Positions 51,866 to 62,769 of a stretch of 64,000 nucleotides of DNA are shown here, in pieces. The notes below the pieces were generated by a model, which did no database searches, had not been told where the DNA came from, and was given only the letters and a program-made list of their open reading frames with translations. The DNA comes from Rhodospirillales bacterium (GTDB taxonomy: Bacteria; Pseudomonadota; Alphaproteobacteria; Bin95), in NCBI GenBank assembly GCA_038143065.1, contig JAYQLI010000035.1, positions 1,504,894 to 1,568,893 on the forward strand, in the 5' to 3' direction. The position numbers were made by a program, and so were the translations under genes. The first letter of the stretch is position 1. Each line of letters begins with the position of its first letter.

Positions 51866-51898
51866 AAACTGGGTGCTTCGTTTGGAGCACCCAGTTTT
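51866..51898 (+). terminator. Rho-independent terminator after lon
   Basis: AAACTGGGTGCTTC-GTTT-GGAGCACCCAGTTTT. Confidence 0.8.
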
Positions 51899-51900
51899 CT

Positions 51901-53148
51901 ATGAACCATAAAATTTCTCGCGAAGACTCCATTGAGCAACCTTACAGTTGGATAATCGCGTTTGCTTCACTGTCCACCCTCGCACTTGCGATGGGTGGAA
52001 ATTATTTGGCGATCGTCTCCATACCATTCCTTGAAATCGACATGGGCTGGTCGAGAGCTGCTGCTACTTCTGTTTATACAGCTACTACCCTTGGAGCAGG
52101 CATTGGCGGCATTGTCATGGGATACTTTGTATCCAAGAAGGGCGTGCAGCCAGCACTTTTCATTGCCGCGGCCGCTATAGCAGTTGGGTGTGCTATCGCC
52201 TCACTCGCTGAAAATCTGCCATCTCTCCTTCTCCCAGTTTTTCTTTTTATAGGCATGCTGGGAATGGGGTGTGGCTTTGCTCCTCTGATAGCCAATGTCA
52301 CGTTATGGTTTGACAGAAATCGAGGTCTCGCTATTGCTGTCGTTGCATGTGGCCAAACGGTGGCGGGCTCATTTTGGAACATCACCTTTGAGCCCTTGGT
52401 TTCAGAATACGGATGGCGTTCAGTCTACGTTGGCTACGGACTTTTTGCTGCCGCCACAATAATACCCCTGAGCTTTGTTCACAGACGCCCTGCTCCCGAA
52501 TTACAGCAAATAACAGGGGCTAAGGTTGGTAATACACGTCGATCACTACCAGATATTAACCCAGCCTTACTTACAATCTTGCTAGGCATGGCCATCATTG
52601 GATGCTGTGTTGCGATGTCCATGCCTATGGCTCAAATGGTTGCTTATTGCGCCACTTTAGGATTTGGAACGCATATAGGAGCCGAAATTGCCTCAATCCT
52701 CCTCGTTTGTTCCGGGGTAAGCAGACTCGGTTTTGGTCTGATTTCGGATAGGATTGGTGGTCTTAACACCATTTTGATTGGCGCCGGCCTACAAGCCGCA
52801 GCTCTATCTCTCTTCATTTTTTTCGACACGCAACAACAGCTCTATATTATTTCTATAATGTTTGGTTTGGTGTTTGGTGGGATTGTTCCCGCTTATGGTC
52901 TTGCAGTTCGAGAACTTTTCCCCGCTCAGCAGGCGCAAACCCGCACAGGTATCGTCTACTTTTTTGGATATGTAGGAATGGGTGGAGGCGGCCTCATTGG
53001 TGGCTTTGTGTATGATGTAACCTTGAGCTACCCGACTGCGTTTGGCGTAGGTGTCGCGTTTAATCTCGCTAATATCGGCCTCATTCTCCTCATCAAGGGT
53101 TTAGCTCGCTCTAGAACGCCTCCAGCTCCAGAAGTCATCCCAGCATGA
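51901..53148 (+). CDS. MFS transporter (monocarboxylate/OFA-like)
   Basis: 12 TM segments, WFDRNRGLA, GLISDRIG, VRELFP. Confidence 0.9.
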   Translation: MNHKISREDSIEQPYSWIIAFASLSTLALAMGGNYLAIVSIPFLEIDMGWSRAAATSVYTATTLGAGIGGIVMGYFVSKKGVQPALFIAAAAIAVGCAIASLAENLPSLLLPVFLFIGMLGMGCGFAPLIANVTLWFDRNRGLAIAVVACGQTVAGSFWNITFEPLVSEYGWRSVYVGYGLFAAATIIPLSFVHRRPAPELQQITGAKVGNTRRSLPDINPALLTILLGMAIIGCCVAMSMPMAQMVAYCATLGFGTHIGAEIASILLVCSGVSRLGFGLISDRIGGLNTILIGAGLQAAALSLFIFFDTQQQLYIISIMFGLVFGGIVPAYGLAVRELFPAQQAQTRTGIVYFFGYVGMGGGGLIGGFVYDVTLSYPTAFGVGVAFNLANIGLILLIKGLARSRTPPAPEVIPA

Positions 53149-53942
53149 AATTAGAAACTATAGAAATAGAAGATTCTGGCTCTGTTCGGACAGTCTGGTT
53201 CAATAGACCTGAACGAAGAAATGCCATTACCCAAAAGATGATGGCGGAACTAACGGAGACGTTCCATTCAATTGCCCAAAACGCAAATATCAGAGTATTG
53301 GTCCTAAGAGGTAGAGGCGGTAATTTTTGTGCTGGGGGTGATTTAGGCCATATGCGAGATCTCCCAAAGGAGAGCAGTAGTGACCCTACGGCTAGGGCTT
53401 ATCGGCGAATGGGAGAGGCTCTGGAGGCCCTGAACGAGCTTCCACAAGCGGTAGTTGCTGCGGTTGAAGGTGCATGCGTAGGTGGCGGACTTGGAATGGC
53501 TTGTGCTTCAGATTTTGTCCTCTGCATGGCCAACGCTAAATTGGGAATGCCAGAGGCCCGTGCTGGCTTTATACCAAGCCAAATCCTTCCGACAGTGGTG
53601 CGAAGAATTGGCGAGGGAGAGGCCCGTCGGTTGGCTGTTATCGCCAAGGTCATTAGTGGATACGAGGCTCATCGTATTGGGATTGCTCATGAGCTAACGG
53701 AAACCTCCAGCGATTTTGAGGCATCTCTTAATAACACTCTTTCAAATCTTGCCTGGGCCGAACCTACTGCAGTCGCGGAGATAAAACGCATCATTCGACT
53801 TACGAGCCAGGCTCCTATGAGTGAAGTTCTTGATGATGCTGCGAGTGCCCTATCCCGATTACTCAGAAGTGACGAAGCCGCCGAGGGTATAGCAGCATTT
53901 CAAGAAAAACGCCCGCCACGTTGGGCAACATCAAAAAAATGA
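53145..53942 (+). CDS. Crotonase, methylglutaconyl/isohexenylglutaconyl-CoA hydratase-like (LiuC/AtuE type)
   Basis: NRPERRNA, FCAGGDL, GGGLGMACASD, MPEARAGFIPSQI..VVRRIG. Confidence 0.85.
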   Translation: MKLETIEIEDSGSVRTVWFNRPERRNAITQKMMAELTETFHSIAQNANIRVLVLRGRGGNFCAGGDLGHMRDLPKESSSDPTARAYRRMGEALEALNELPQAVVAAVEGACVGGGLGMACASDFVLCMANAKLGMPEARAGFIPSQILPTVVRRIGEGEARRLAVIAKVISGYEAHRIGIAHELTETSSDFEASLNNTLSNLAWAEPTAVAEIKRIIRLTSQAPMSEVLDDAASALSRLLRSDEAAEGIAAFQEKRPPRWATSKK

Positions 53943-53953
53943 GAGGCAAAGGT

Positions 53954-54729
53954 ATGCAAATTCAATGGGAAGGAGAGGTTAAACGTGAGAGAGATGCGTT
54001 TATCCGTGAGTTTACCATACCACAAACCAAGCGCCCTATTACCGGTGTTTTATGGCACGGAGAAACAACAAAACCAGGAGCACCCTTGGTTTGCTTCGGT
54101 CATGGGGCGTCAGGAGACCGGCATCAAAGGCCAATTCCACGCATAGCTAATCAACTTGCAAGAGATCATGGGTTCTTTGGCTTGTCCTTAGATGGACCAG
54201 TCCATGGACGGCGTCAGGTGGGTGCTGGTGGACGAGAAGCATTCTGGCCTGAATGGGAACGCCCTGGCACGGTGGGGAGATGGTGCGTGACTGGCGAAAT
54301 GCACTGGCTGCAATATCATCTCTACCTGAAGTAGGCTCGGGCCCGGTGGGTTACTGGGGCCTCTCGATGGGTACGATATACGGTGCACCATTCGTTGCGG
54401 CTGAACCCAGAATTTCAGCAGCCGTTCTAGGCCTGATGGGTATTGTATCAAAACCGGCCCATTACACCCCTACAATCCAAGCTGCTGCCAAAGGAATTTC
54501 ATGCCCCGTATTTTTTATCATGCAACTGGAGGATGAATTATTTAACCGCGAGGAGTGCCTTGCACTGTTCGATGCTTTCTCTTCATCTGACAAGAGATTA
54601 CACGCCAACAGCGGCTTGCACCCGTTTGTCCCTATAGACGAATTAGACTTCAGTGCAGATTTCTTGGCCGACACCCTTAAGGGCATTCGACCAAAGCGAG
54701 AAAATATGACACTGCTCGTAAGCAGTTAA
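53954..54729 (+). CDS. Alpha/beta hydrolase (dienelactone hydrolase-like); frameshift at G run 54274-54277
   Basis: FGHG, DGPVHG.R, nucleophile elbow YWGLSMG, QLEDE, HANSGLH. Confidence 0.85.
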
Positions 54730-54737
54730 ACTCTTCT

Positions 54738-55727
54738 TCACCGCAGGTGGCAGGCTACTATATGGCCATTTCCTTTGTTCTGCAGCACAGGTTCCTCGAC
54801 CTTGCAACGTTCCTCAGCATAAGGACAACGAGTATGAAAGTGACAGCCCTTCGGAGGATTGATTGGACTTGGCACGTCCCCCTGCAGAATTTTCTTTTCC
54901 CGCCGTATAGTTGGGTCAGGGATAGGCGCAGCTGATAACAGCGCTTCAGTGTAGGGGTGAAGTGGGTTGGTAAAGAGTGTTTTTTTATCTGCTTTTTCAA
55001 CGATGCGACCCAAGTACATTACGGCCACTTCGTCAGAGATATGCTCTACTACTGCCAAATCATGGGCAATGAAGAGATATGCCATATCTCTCTCTTCCTG
55101 GAGGTCCATCATCAGGTTAATCACCTGAGCCTGGATGGACACATCAAGAGCAGAGACTGGTTCATCACCAACAATCAGACTTGGGTTTAGGGCAAGAGCG
55201 CGTGCGATGCCGATCCGTTGACGCTGTCCACCAGAAAACTGATGCGGATAATTCTGCATCTGTGATTGGCGTAAACCTACCCGATCAAAAAGAGCTTTCG
55301 TCATCTCCTCTCGTTCGGCATCGTCACCTATATTGTGAATGTACAGAGGCTCTTTAACAATTTCTCCCGCGGTCATTCTCGGATTAAGGCTCGAGAATGG
55401 ATCCTGGAAGATAATTTGCATCTGCCGACGATAGGGTCGCAATTCCGTTTTGCTAAGGTTGGTCACATCCGTACCAGATACCTTAATTTTGCCATCTGTT
55501 GGCTCGAGCAATCTCATCGCAGTTCGGCCTACGGTAGACTTACCGCAGCCAGATTCTCCAACCAACCCTAATGTTTTTCCCCGACCTACGGAGAATGAAA
55601 CTCCATCGACGGCATAAACGTGACCGATGGTGCGCTTAAGCATTCCTGACTGAATAGGAAAATGCTTTTTCAAGTCCTCAACTTCGAGGACTGGCGCTTC
55701 AGATGCCGTTTCGACTTCAGCCATCAT
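54738..55727 (-). CDS. Peptide/nickel-family ABC ATPase (DppF/OppF-like)
   Basis: [32 protein letters not shown]. Confidence 0.93.
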   Translation of the reverse strand: MMAEVETASEAPVLEVEDLKKHFPIQSGMLKRTIGHVYAVDGVSFSVGRGKTLGLVGESGCGKSTVGRTAMRLLEPTDGKIKVSGTDVTNLSKTELRPYRRQMQIIFQDPFSSLNPRMTAGEIVKEPLYIHNIGDDAEREEMTKALFDRVGLRQSQMQNYPHQFSGGQRQRIGIARALALNPSLIVGDEPVSALDVSIQAQVINLMMDLQEERDMAYLFIAHDLAVVEHISDEVAVMYLGRIVEKADKKTLFTNPLHPYTEALLSAAPIPDPTIRREKKILQGDVPSPINPPKGCHFHTRCPYAEERCKVEEPVLQNKGNGHIVACHLR

Positions 55728-56753
55728 TTGCTCCATAAAGTTCGTCGGAACGGAAACAAGCAGCCCAATGGCCTGACTGTTTCTCTTCAAATTCCGGCCT
55801 TGCCTGGCGACAGGCATCGGTTGCAGCTGGGCAACGGGGCGCAAATGCACAACCATCCGGCAGCGAATGCAAAGCAGGAACTATTCCAGGATTTCCTCTA
55901 ATCGCTCTTCAACCTCTTCATCCCCTGCAACAATGGCAAGCCGCGGCACTGATGCTAGCAGTCCACGCGTGTAAGGATGTCTGGGGTTTGCAAACAAGGT
56001 ATTAACGTCAGCCTCTTCAACCTTGCGCCCCGCATACATTACAATCACCCTGTCAGCCGTTTCAGCCACAACACCCAGGTCGTGTGTGATCAAGATTACG
56101 CCTGTATCGAGGTCCTCTTTAAGCTTAACTATAAGATCAAGAATTTGAGCCTGAATGGTGACGTCCAAGGCAGTAGTAGGCTCATCCGCGATCAAAATCT
56201 TGGGATTACAGGCTAGCGCCATAGCAATCATTACGCGCTGCCGCATACCGCCAGAAAGTTGATGTGGAAATTCTTTGACCCGACGTTCTGGCTCAGGAAT
56301 GCGGACAAGCTTTAGCATCTCAATTGATCTTTGGAGGGCCTGCTCTTTTGACATACCTTGATGCAGAATTAAGGCCTCAGATATCTGCTTGCCAATCCGC
56401 ATCACGGGATTAAGGCTAGTCATAGGCTCTTGGAAGATCATTGAGATATCGTTACCACGGATGTCTCGCATCTGTGCTTCAGACATCTGCATAAGATCCT
56501 GCCCATCAAGCACAATACTACCACCAACGATCCTGCCTGGGGGATTAGGAATAAGCCGCATGATCGAGAGTGCCGTCATGCTTTTACCGCATCCTGACTC
56601 CCCAACAATTGCTAAGGTCTCACCGCGGTCTACATGAAACGAAAGCTCTTCTACCGCCCGGACAACACCGTCACGAGTAAAGAAATAGGTTTGCAGTCCA
56701 TCAACTTCCAAAGCCGCTTTATTTGGCACTGAATTTTCCGTCCCTTCTGCCAT
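55717..56753 (-). CDS. Peptide/nickel-family ABC ATPase (DppD/OppD-like); frameshift near 55889
   Basis: [24 protein letters not shown]; adding one C gives [21 protein letters not shown]. Confidence 0.92.
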
Positions 56754-56759
56754 TTGCTT

Positions 56760-57659
56760 CTAGCTCCGCTGACGGGGATCAAGAATATCACGGACGGCAT
56801 CACCTAAAAGGTTAGCACCGAATACCGCGAAACTGATCGCAATACCTGGGAATATGACCAGCCACGGAGCTGTCCTAACGTATTCAGCCGCGGATTCTGA
56901 GAGCATCCTGCCCCAAGAGGGGTGTGGCTCAGGGATACCCAAACCTAGGAATGATAAGGAGGCTTCTGTTAGAATTGCAGAACCCAACTGGGCTGTTGCT
57001 AGCACAATAAGTGGAGCTAGTGTGTTGGGCAGAACATGCTTGAGGGCGATACGCGTCTCGCTCATCCCGATAGCTTTTGCGGCCTCGACGAAAGGCATTT
57101 CCCTCAGCGACAGCGTGTTCGACCGAATCACACGGGCTACATGCGGCACCAGAGGTATAGAAATTGCTATGATGGTGTTCTCTAGACTTGGGCCCAAGGC
57201 TGCAGCCATCACCAATGCCATTACTAAAAGAGGCAAGGCTTGCATAACATCGATAATTCGCTGAGTGATCAGGTCAAACCATCCGAGAAGGTATCCAGAT
57301 GCTAAACCAATTACTACACCAAGGAAGCATCCGAGGATTGTAGAACCAATACCCACCGCCAAACTAATTCGAGCTCCGTGAATGATACGCGAGAGCATGT
57401 CTCGCCCCATCATATCTGCACCAAGCGCGTGAAGTTCTCCAGGCGCTGCCAGTGATGTAGCTGCATTAGTTTTCACTGGATCCATTGGCGCAATCCATTC
57501 GGCAAAGACGCCACAGAAAACCAAGGCCAAAAAAAGTAAAAGCCCAATTGCGCCTAAAGGATAACTCTTCGCCAAAAACCAAGCCTTGCTTAGCCTGCTA
57601 TCCACGCCTGCACCTGCTTTAGCAAGCTCCGCTGCGTGGTCGATTACCGGTTTTGCCAT
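56760..57659 (-). CDS. ABC permease (DppC-like)
   Basis: LGADMMGRD, FVEAAKAIG EAA loop, ASLSFLGLG, PSWG. Confidence 0.93.
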   Translation of the reverse strand: MAKPVIDHAAELAKAGAGVDSRLSKAWFLAKSYPLGAIGLLLFLALVFCGVFAEWIAPMDPVKTNAATSLAAPGELHALGADMMGRDMLSRIIHGARISLAVGIGSTILGCFLGVVIGLASGYLLGWFDLITQRIIDVMQALPLLVMALVMAAALGPSLENTIIAISIPLVPHVARVIRSNTLSLREMPFVEAAKAIGMSETRIALKHVLPNTLAPLIVLATAQLGSAILTEASLSFLGLGIPEPHPSWGRMLSESAAEYVRTAPWLVIFPGIAISFAVFGANLLGDAVRDILDPRQRS

Positions 57660-57672
57660 CGCCAACGCTCTC

Positions 57673-58617
57673 CTATTCGTATTTGATGCGCGGATCGAGC
57701 GCGACGTAAAGGATGTCCACCAAGAAATTCGTAACCACTGTTACGAACCCGATGAACAACACCAAGTTTTGTACGATTGGGTAGTCCCGCCATTGAATTG
57801 CTTCAACAAGAAAACGAGCAACGCCCGGAATATTAAATACCGTTTCGGTGACGATCAGGCCGCCAATTAAAAACGCCGCCTCGATGCCTATGATAGTTAC
57901 AACCGGGAGAACTGCATTGGACAATGCATGACCATAATTCACTGAATTATCGGTCGCGCCCTTTGCCTTTGCAGTGCGTATGTAATCTTGACGCATCACT
58001 TCCAGCATAGACGATCGAGTAAGCCTCATAATTAGCGCAGACGATCGGAAACCGACGGCGGCTGCAGGAATGCTATAGAGAACTAACTCATCCCAAAGAT
58101 TATCTGGCGGATTTGTATAAATCGGTATTGCATCGAACCAATGCACAAACCCCATCAATATCAGAAGTGCCAACCAAAATGATGGTAGCGATAGGCCAGA
58201 GAGGCTCACCACTCTAAGGACATAATCTAAAGCAGAATTCTGATTGACCGCGGATATAACACCCAAAGGCAATCCAAAAAGTACTGAGAAAAATAAAGCT
58301 AAAACTGCAAGCTTAGCCGTTATTGGGATACGAGGAGCAATTTCATCGTACGCAGGCAACTCTGTTACATAAGAAAAGCCTAAATCCCCCTGCAAAAGCC
58401 CCCAAATCCAATTCCAGTATTGAACGGGGATTGGGTCAGAGAGCCCTAATTCATCTTCCAGCGCCGCTTTTTCGGCGGGGTCAATGAAACCTGCAGCATC
58501 AAAAAGAATATCCGCAATATTTCCGGGTACTAGCCGCAGCAGCCCAAAAATGACAATTGATATCCCAATGAGAGTCAGACCCATCAAAAGTGTGCGTCTA
58601 ATCACGTATGACGCCAT
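57673..58617 (-). CDS. ABC permease (DppB-like)
   Basis: GDLGFS, DYIRTAKAKG, ETVFNIPG, RDYP, LDPRI. Confidence 0.93.
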   Translation of the reverse strand: MASYVIRRTLLMGLTLIGISIVIFGLLRLVPGNIADILFDAAGFIDPAEKAALEDELGLSDPIPVQYWNWIWGLLQGDLGFSYVTELPAYDEIAPRIPITAKLAVLALFFSVLFGLPLGVISAVNQNSALDYVLRVVSLSGLSLPSFWLALLILMGFVHWFDAIPIYTNPPDNLWDELVLYSIPAAAVGFRSSALIMRLTRSSMLEVMRQDYIRTAKAKGATDNSVNYGHALSNAVLPVVTIIGIEAAFLIGGLIVTETVFNIPGVARFLVEAIQWRDYPIVQNLVLFIGFVTVVTNFLVDILYVALDPRIKYE

Positions 58618-58656
58618 CGCAGCCTGCCTTTTTAAAGTTAGAATTACTTAATAATG

Positions 58657-58696
58657 CAAAGAGAAGGGTCCGGCTTTATGCCAGACCCTTCCTTTG
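58657..58696 (-). terminator. Stem-loop between the binding-protein and permease genes
   Basis: CAAAG.GAAGGGTC.GGC-TTTAT-GCC.GACCCTTC.CTTTG. Confidence 0.6.
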
Positions 58697-58713
58697 ATCG
58701 CAGTTTTAAACCT

Positions 58714-60304
58714 CTACTGCTGCAGCCAAATGTCCTCAAAGCGCCAGTCGCTGTAAGATCCATTCTTTTTGCGTACAAACCCTTTCACTTTAGGAGCGTG
58801 GCAGGTAGCTGCGTTGTAATGGGCAATCATTGGCCTAGCTACATCTAACTGAAGCTTAGCGTCAATTTCCCAGATGAGCTTCTTGCGAGCTTCTTGATCA
58901 CTCATAGAAGCCTGCTTCATAAAGAGCTCTTGCAGCTCCTTATTACAGTAACCCGTGTAGTTTCGCTGTGAGCCACATGCATAGTTCTCGAAGAACGTAA
59001 CATCAGGATCATCAACCGCTATACCTGTAAGGTTCATACCTACTGAGTAATCCTTACGAGCAACCTTAGCATGCCAATTTGAAGTCTCAATTGGCTCTAA
59101 TTCTCCATCAATGTATATGGATTTTAATTGGTCAATCAGGATCACCGCAGGATCACGATAAGTTGCGATGTTACGCGTTGAAACTTTAACTGCAAGTCGA
59201 TTATCTGGACCGTAACCAGCTTTTTTCATCAAACCTTGAGCTTTCTTGATGTCAGCAGCCTTATCTCCATAACCTGCAGCCTTGGAGAGAACGTCTGCGG
59301 GCATGCCCCAGGTTCCATTTGGCGGTGGCAACATTGCACCCCCCTTCTGGCCTTCTCCTTGAAAGAGAATTTTAATGAATGCATCACGATCGATCGCTGT
59401 GGCCATTGCCAAACGAATATCAGCATTATCAAAAGGAGCCTTATCGCGATTCACAATCAAGTTCAGTGAGATATTGGTTGGAACCGTATGACAGACCGCT
59501 TCAGAATACTTTTCGTTCACGTCTTTCAAGAGTGGAATGGAAATATCATTAGCAAAAAAGTGAAATCAAATTCCTTCGCGATAAAACCTAACACACGGGT
59601 TGCGCGGCTTTTGATAATTGTCCAGTCGTGACCATCTAAGTATGGGCGACCTGGTTTCCAATAATCTTCGTTTTCACGAATTTGATAGACTCGTTTTGCT
59701 TCAACTCAACAAATTTAAATGGACCAGTTCCAACAGGATTAGTGCGCATTTTTTTTGGTGAGACATGGCATGGATAAATTGGGGTGTAGCCCGAAGCCAA
59801 CAATGCCAACATCGCAGGCTGAGGCTGCCCTAGATGCATAGTAGCTTGGTAATCGTTATCCGCGGTTACCTTTTGCAGGTCCCAATACCAAGACTTCCGT
59901 GGGTTTTTACGCAGTTTGGCTTTAGCTTTACCTTGCAATAAATCAAAGGTGCATTGGACATCCTTAGCGGTGAAAGGCTTACCATCATGCCATTTCACAC
60001 CTTCACGAAGCTTAAACGTAAGCTTTGTTTTGGTGCCATCCCAGGACCAACTTTTCGCCAAATCTGGGACAATGTTTTCTATACTTTCAACGTCTTTTTG
60101 TGGATTAAAGACCACCAAATTATTGAACACGCCCTGATACGGCATGGTTGTAGAATAGGTTGCTTCTTCGTGAATCGAACCTGAAGGTGGGTTACCGCGG
60201 TGGTAAAGCTTCAGAGTTCCCCCGGCCTGCTGAGCTGCAGCATAAACCGGTACAGCAAGCGTAGCGACAACTGCTAGGCCGGCCAACCAAGTTTTAGGTT
60301 GCAT
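58714..60304 (-). CDS. Family-5 ABC substrate-binding protein; frameshifts at 59671-59674 and 59554-59559
   Basis: Signal peptide, PDLAKSW, LREGVKWHDG, PVGTGPF; the intervening frame reads YWKPGRPYLDG..SRATR. Confidence 0.9.
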
Positions 60305-60431
60305 TATTTTCTCCCTGTTTTGAAATCATTCTTCTTCATAAAAACGTCTGAGGCTAACACGCTTGAAATTTTTAGCAACCTTGAACCAAAAAAGCTGGAC
60401 GTATCATGCTGTCATAATGGAAACTCAGGGC

Positions 60432-61569
60432 ATGTATGAGATGTCTCCTGAAGCTATTGAGGTTCAAAACCTCGTCCGTCGCGTTGCTATTGAACGCGTG
60501 AGCCAACGAGCGGCTGAAATTGATAAGACTGGGGAATATCCTCAGGACATGTTCGATTTGCTGCGGGAACTTGGGATTTTTACCCTACCATTTCCAGAAG
60601 AATATGGCGGCCAGAACAGTCTCTTGGCCGGCTGCGTAGCCACCGAGGAACTCGGACGTGTTTGCTATAACACCGGCTACCTTCTGGTTGTCCAGTGGAC
60701 ACCATTTGGCGCGATCATGGCCGCAGGAACAAAAGTTCAAAAAGATAAGTATTTGCCAGGCCTTGCATCAGGCAGCCTACGAGCCGCTTTCTCAATCACA
60801 GAACCGCAATCTGGATCTGATGTAGCAGGCATAAAAACAACCGCACGCATGTCTAATGATGGCTGGCATCTTTCGGAGCCAAAATCTGGTGCACGAACGC
60901 TTTAGTCTCAGATTTTATCGTCCTTGCCGCAAAGACAGGCGAAGCTAGAGGGGATATTAACTTCTTCATAGTCCCTACGGATGCTAAAGGCCTTCAAATT
61001 GGTCCTAAGGAAGACAAATTAGGTGCCCGAGGCGTGCCATCATCCCCTCTATTTTTGGATGATGTCGTTCTGCCACCAGATGCCATCCTTGGCGAACCTG
61101 GCAAAGGGTTCAAGCAAGTGATGAGCGCCTTGGCACTCTCTCGACCAATTATCGGCGCCCGGGCGGTGGGCCTTGCACAAGGTGCCCTTGATCTTGCAAT
61201 CGACTTTATGCGAGAGCGCCAAGCATTCAATCAACCCCTAACAGATTTTCAGGGTCTGCGTTGGATGCTTGCGGATATGGCGATGCAGATCGAAGCTGCC
61301 CGAGGATTGGTATACAAGGCCGCCCAAATGACGGATGCAGGTGTTAGAGGAAAAAATTAGCTCATTCTGCAGCAGTCGCAAAAGCCTATGCGAGTGATAT
61401 CGCCATGAAGGTTGCAACAGACGCCGTGCAGATTTTTGGTGCCTCAGGAATCTCTAATGACTTCCCGATTAATCGCTATTTCCGAGATGCGAAGGTGGTC
61501 CAAATCATTGAGGGTTCCAACCAAATTCAACGGAATATCATTGCCAAAGAATTTGATAGATGGGATTGA
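60432..61569 (+). CDS. Acyl-CoA dehydrogenase; frameshifts at ~60871-60876 and 61351-61356
   Basis: PEEYGG, ITEPQSGSD, GAKIWCTN, RQAFNQP, AVQIFGASG, YFRDAK..IIEGSNQIQR. Confidence 0.92.
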
Positions 61570-61572
61570 CTA

Positions 61573-62769
61573 ATGGTGGATGACTATACGCAAGAGGCAA
61601 CGGGTCCTCTGAGGGGTGTGAAAGTTATCGACCTTACAATCAACGTACTCGGCCCCCTCGCCACACAAATTTTAGGCGATATGGGTGCAGACGTCATCAA
61701 GGTAGAGCCACCAGGCGGTGACCCAATGCGTCGCCTTGGGCCTGGCCATGAAATCAACATGGCTGCTCATTTTTTGGCTATGAACCGGAATAAACGAAGT
61801 ATCGAACTAGACCTCAAAAAACCCAAAGCACTCAATAGTCTTAAAAGACTGATCAAAACGGCAGATGTATTGGTTTTATCCATGCGCGCCAGTGCTGTGG
61901 AACGACTTGGTTTGAGTTATGAGGCCCTTGCTGAAGAAAATCCCAGGCTGATCTATGCGTCTGCTACCGGATATGCCAGACATGGACCTGACAAAGATCG
62001 CCCGGCATATGATGATGTGATTCAGGGCGAAAGCGGAATGGCTGGAATGATTACCTCTGCCAATGGCGAAGCACGTTTCACCCCAATGGCACTAGCAGAC
62101 AAATTTTGCGGCACGCAGCTTGCAAGCGCCGTGGGAATGGCACTCTTTGCCCGTGAAAAGAACGGGCAAGGGCAGGAAGTTCACCTTCCAATGCTGGAAA
62201 CAATGACCGCTTTCAATATTGCTGACCATTTCTGGGAAAAGGCCCTTGATCGCCCAGGTGGCAAGCCTGGCTTTCCAAGAATGTTTACTCCCCATCGGCG
62301 CCCCTATGCGACAACAGACGGCCATATATGCCTTCTTGCTGTCACTAACGAGCAATGGACGCGCCTTTTGCCGGCACTAGGCCTTGATCAAGCTGCCCAA
62401 GATCCTCGCTTCAAAACCTTAGAAGGTCGGACAGAAAACATTAATGAACTCTTGGGCTTAGTGGCGGAACGTCTAGCAACAGACACAACCAAACACTGGC
62501 GCAGCATTCTCGATAGTGTTGATATTCCGAACGGTACGATGGCCTCTCTACAAGGATTATTTGAGGATCCCTACTTAAATACGACAGGCTTTTTCAAACG
62601 CCTCAATCATCCAACCGCGGGTCCTACCCTGACCTCTACTCCACCTATTGCTTTCTTTAAAACCCCCGCCAACATTCATCGTCCACAACCTGTGCTTGGA
62701 GCTGATGGGCGCGCGGTATTGGAAGAGGCTGGGCTTGACGCATCTGAAATCGATGAAGCTCTGGGATGA
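61573..62769 (+). CDS. Family III (CaiB/BaiF) CoA-transferase
   Basis: MGADVIKVE, NRNKRSI, PAYDDVIQ, catalytic Asp in ALADK. Confidence 0.92.
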   Translation: MVDDYTQEATGPLRGVKVIDLTINVLGPLATQILGDMGADVIKVEPPGGDPMRRLGPGHEINMAAHFLAMNRNKRSIELDLKKPKALNSLKRLIKTADVLVLSMRASAVERLGLSYEALAEENPRLIYASATGYARHGPDKDRPAYDDVIQGESGMAGMITSANGEARFTPMALADKFCGTQLASAVGMALFAREKNGQGQEVHLPMLETMTAFNIADHFWEKALDRPGGKPGFPRMFTPHRRPYATTDGHICLLAVTNEQWTRLLPALGLDQAAQDPRFKTLEGRTENINELLGLVAERLATDTTKHWRSILDSVDIPNGTMASLQGLFEDPYLNTTGFFKRLNHPTAGPTLTSTPPIAFFKTPANIHRPQPVLGADGRAVLEEAGLDASEIDEALG

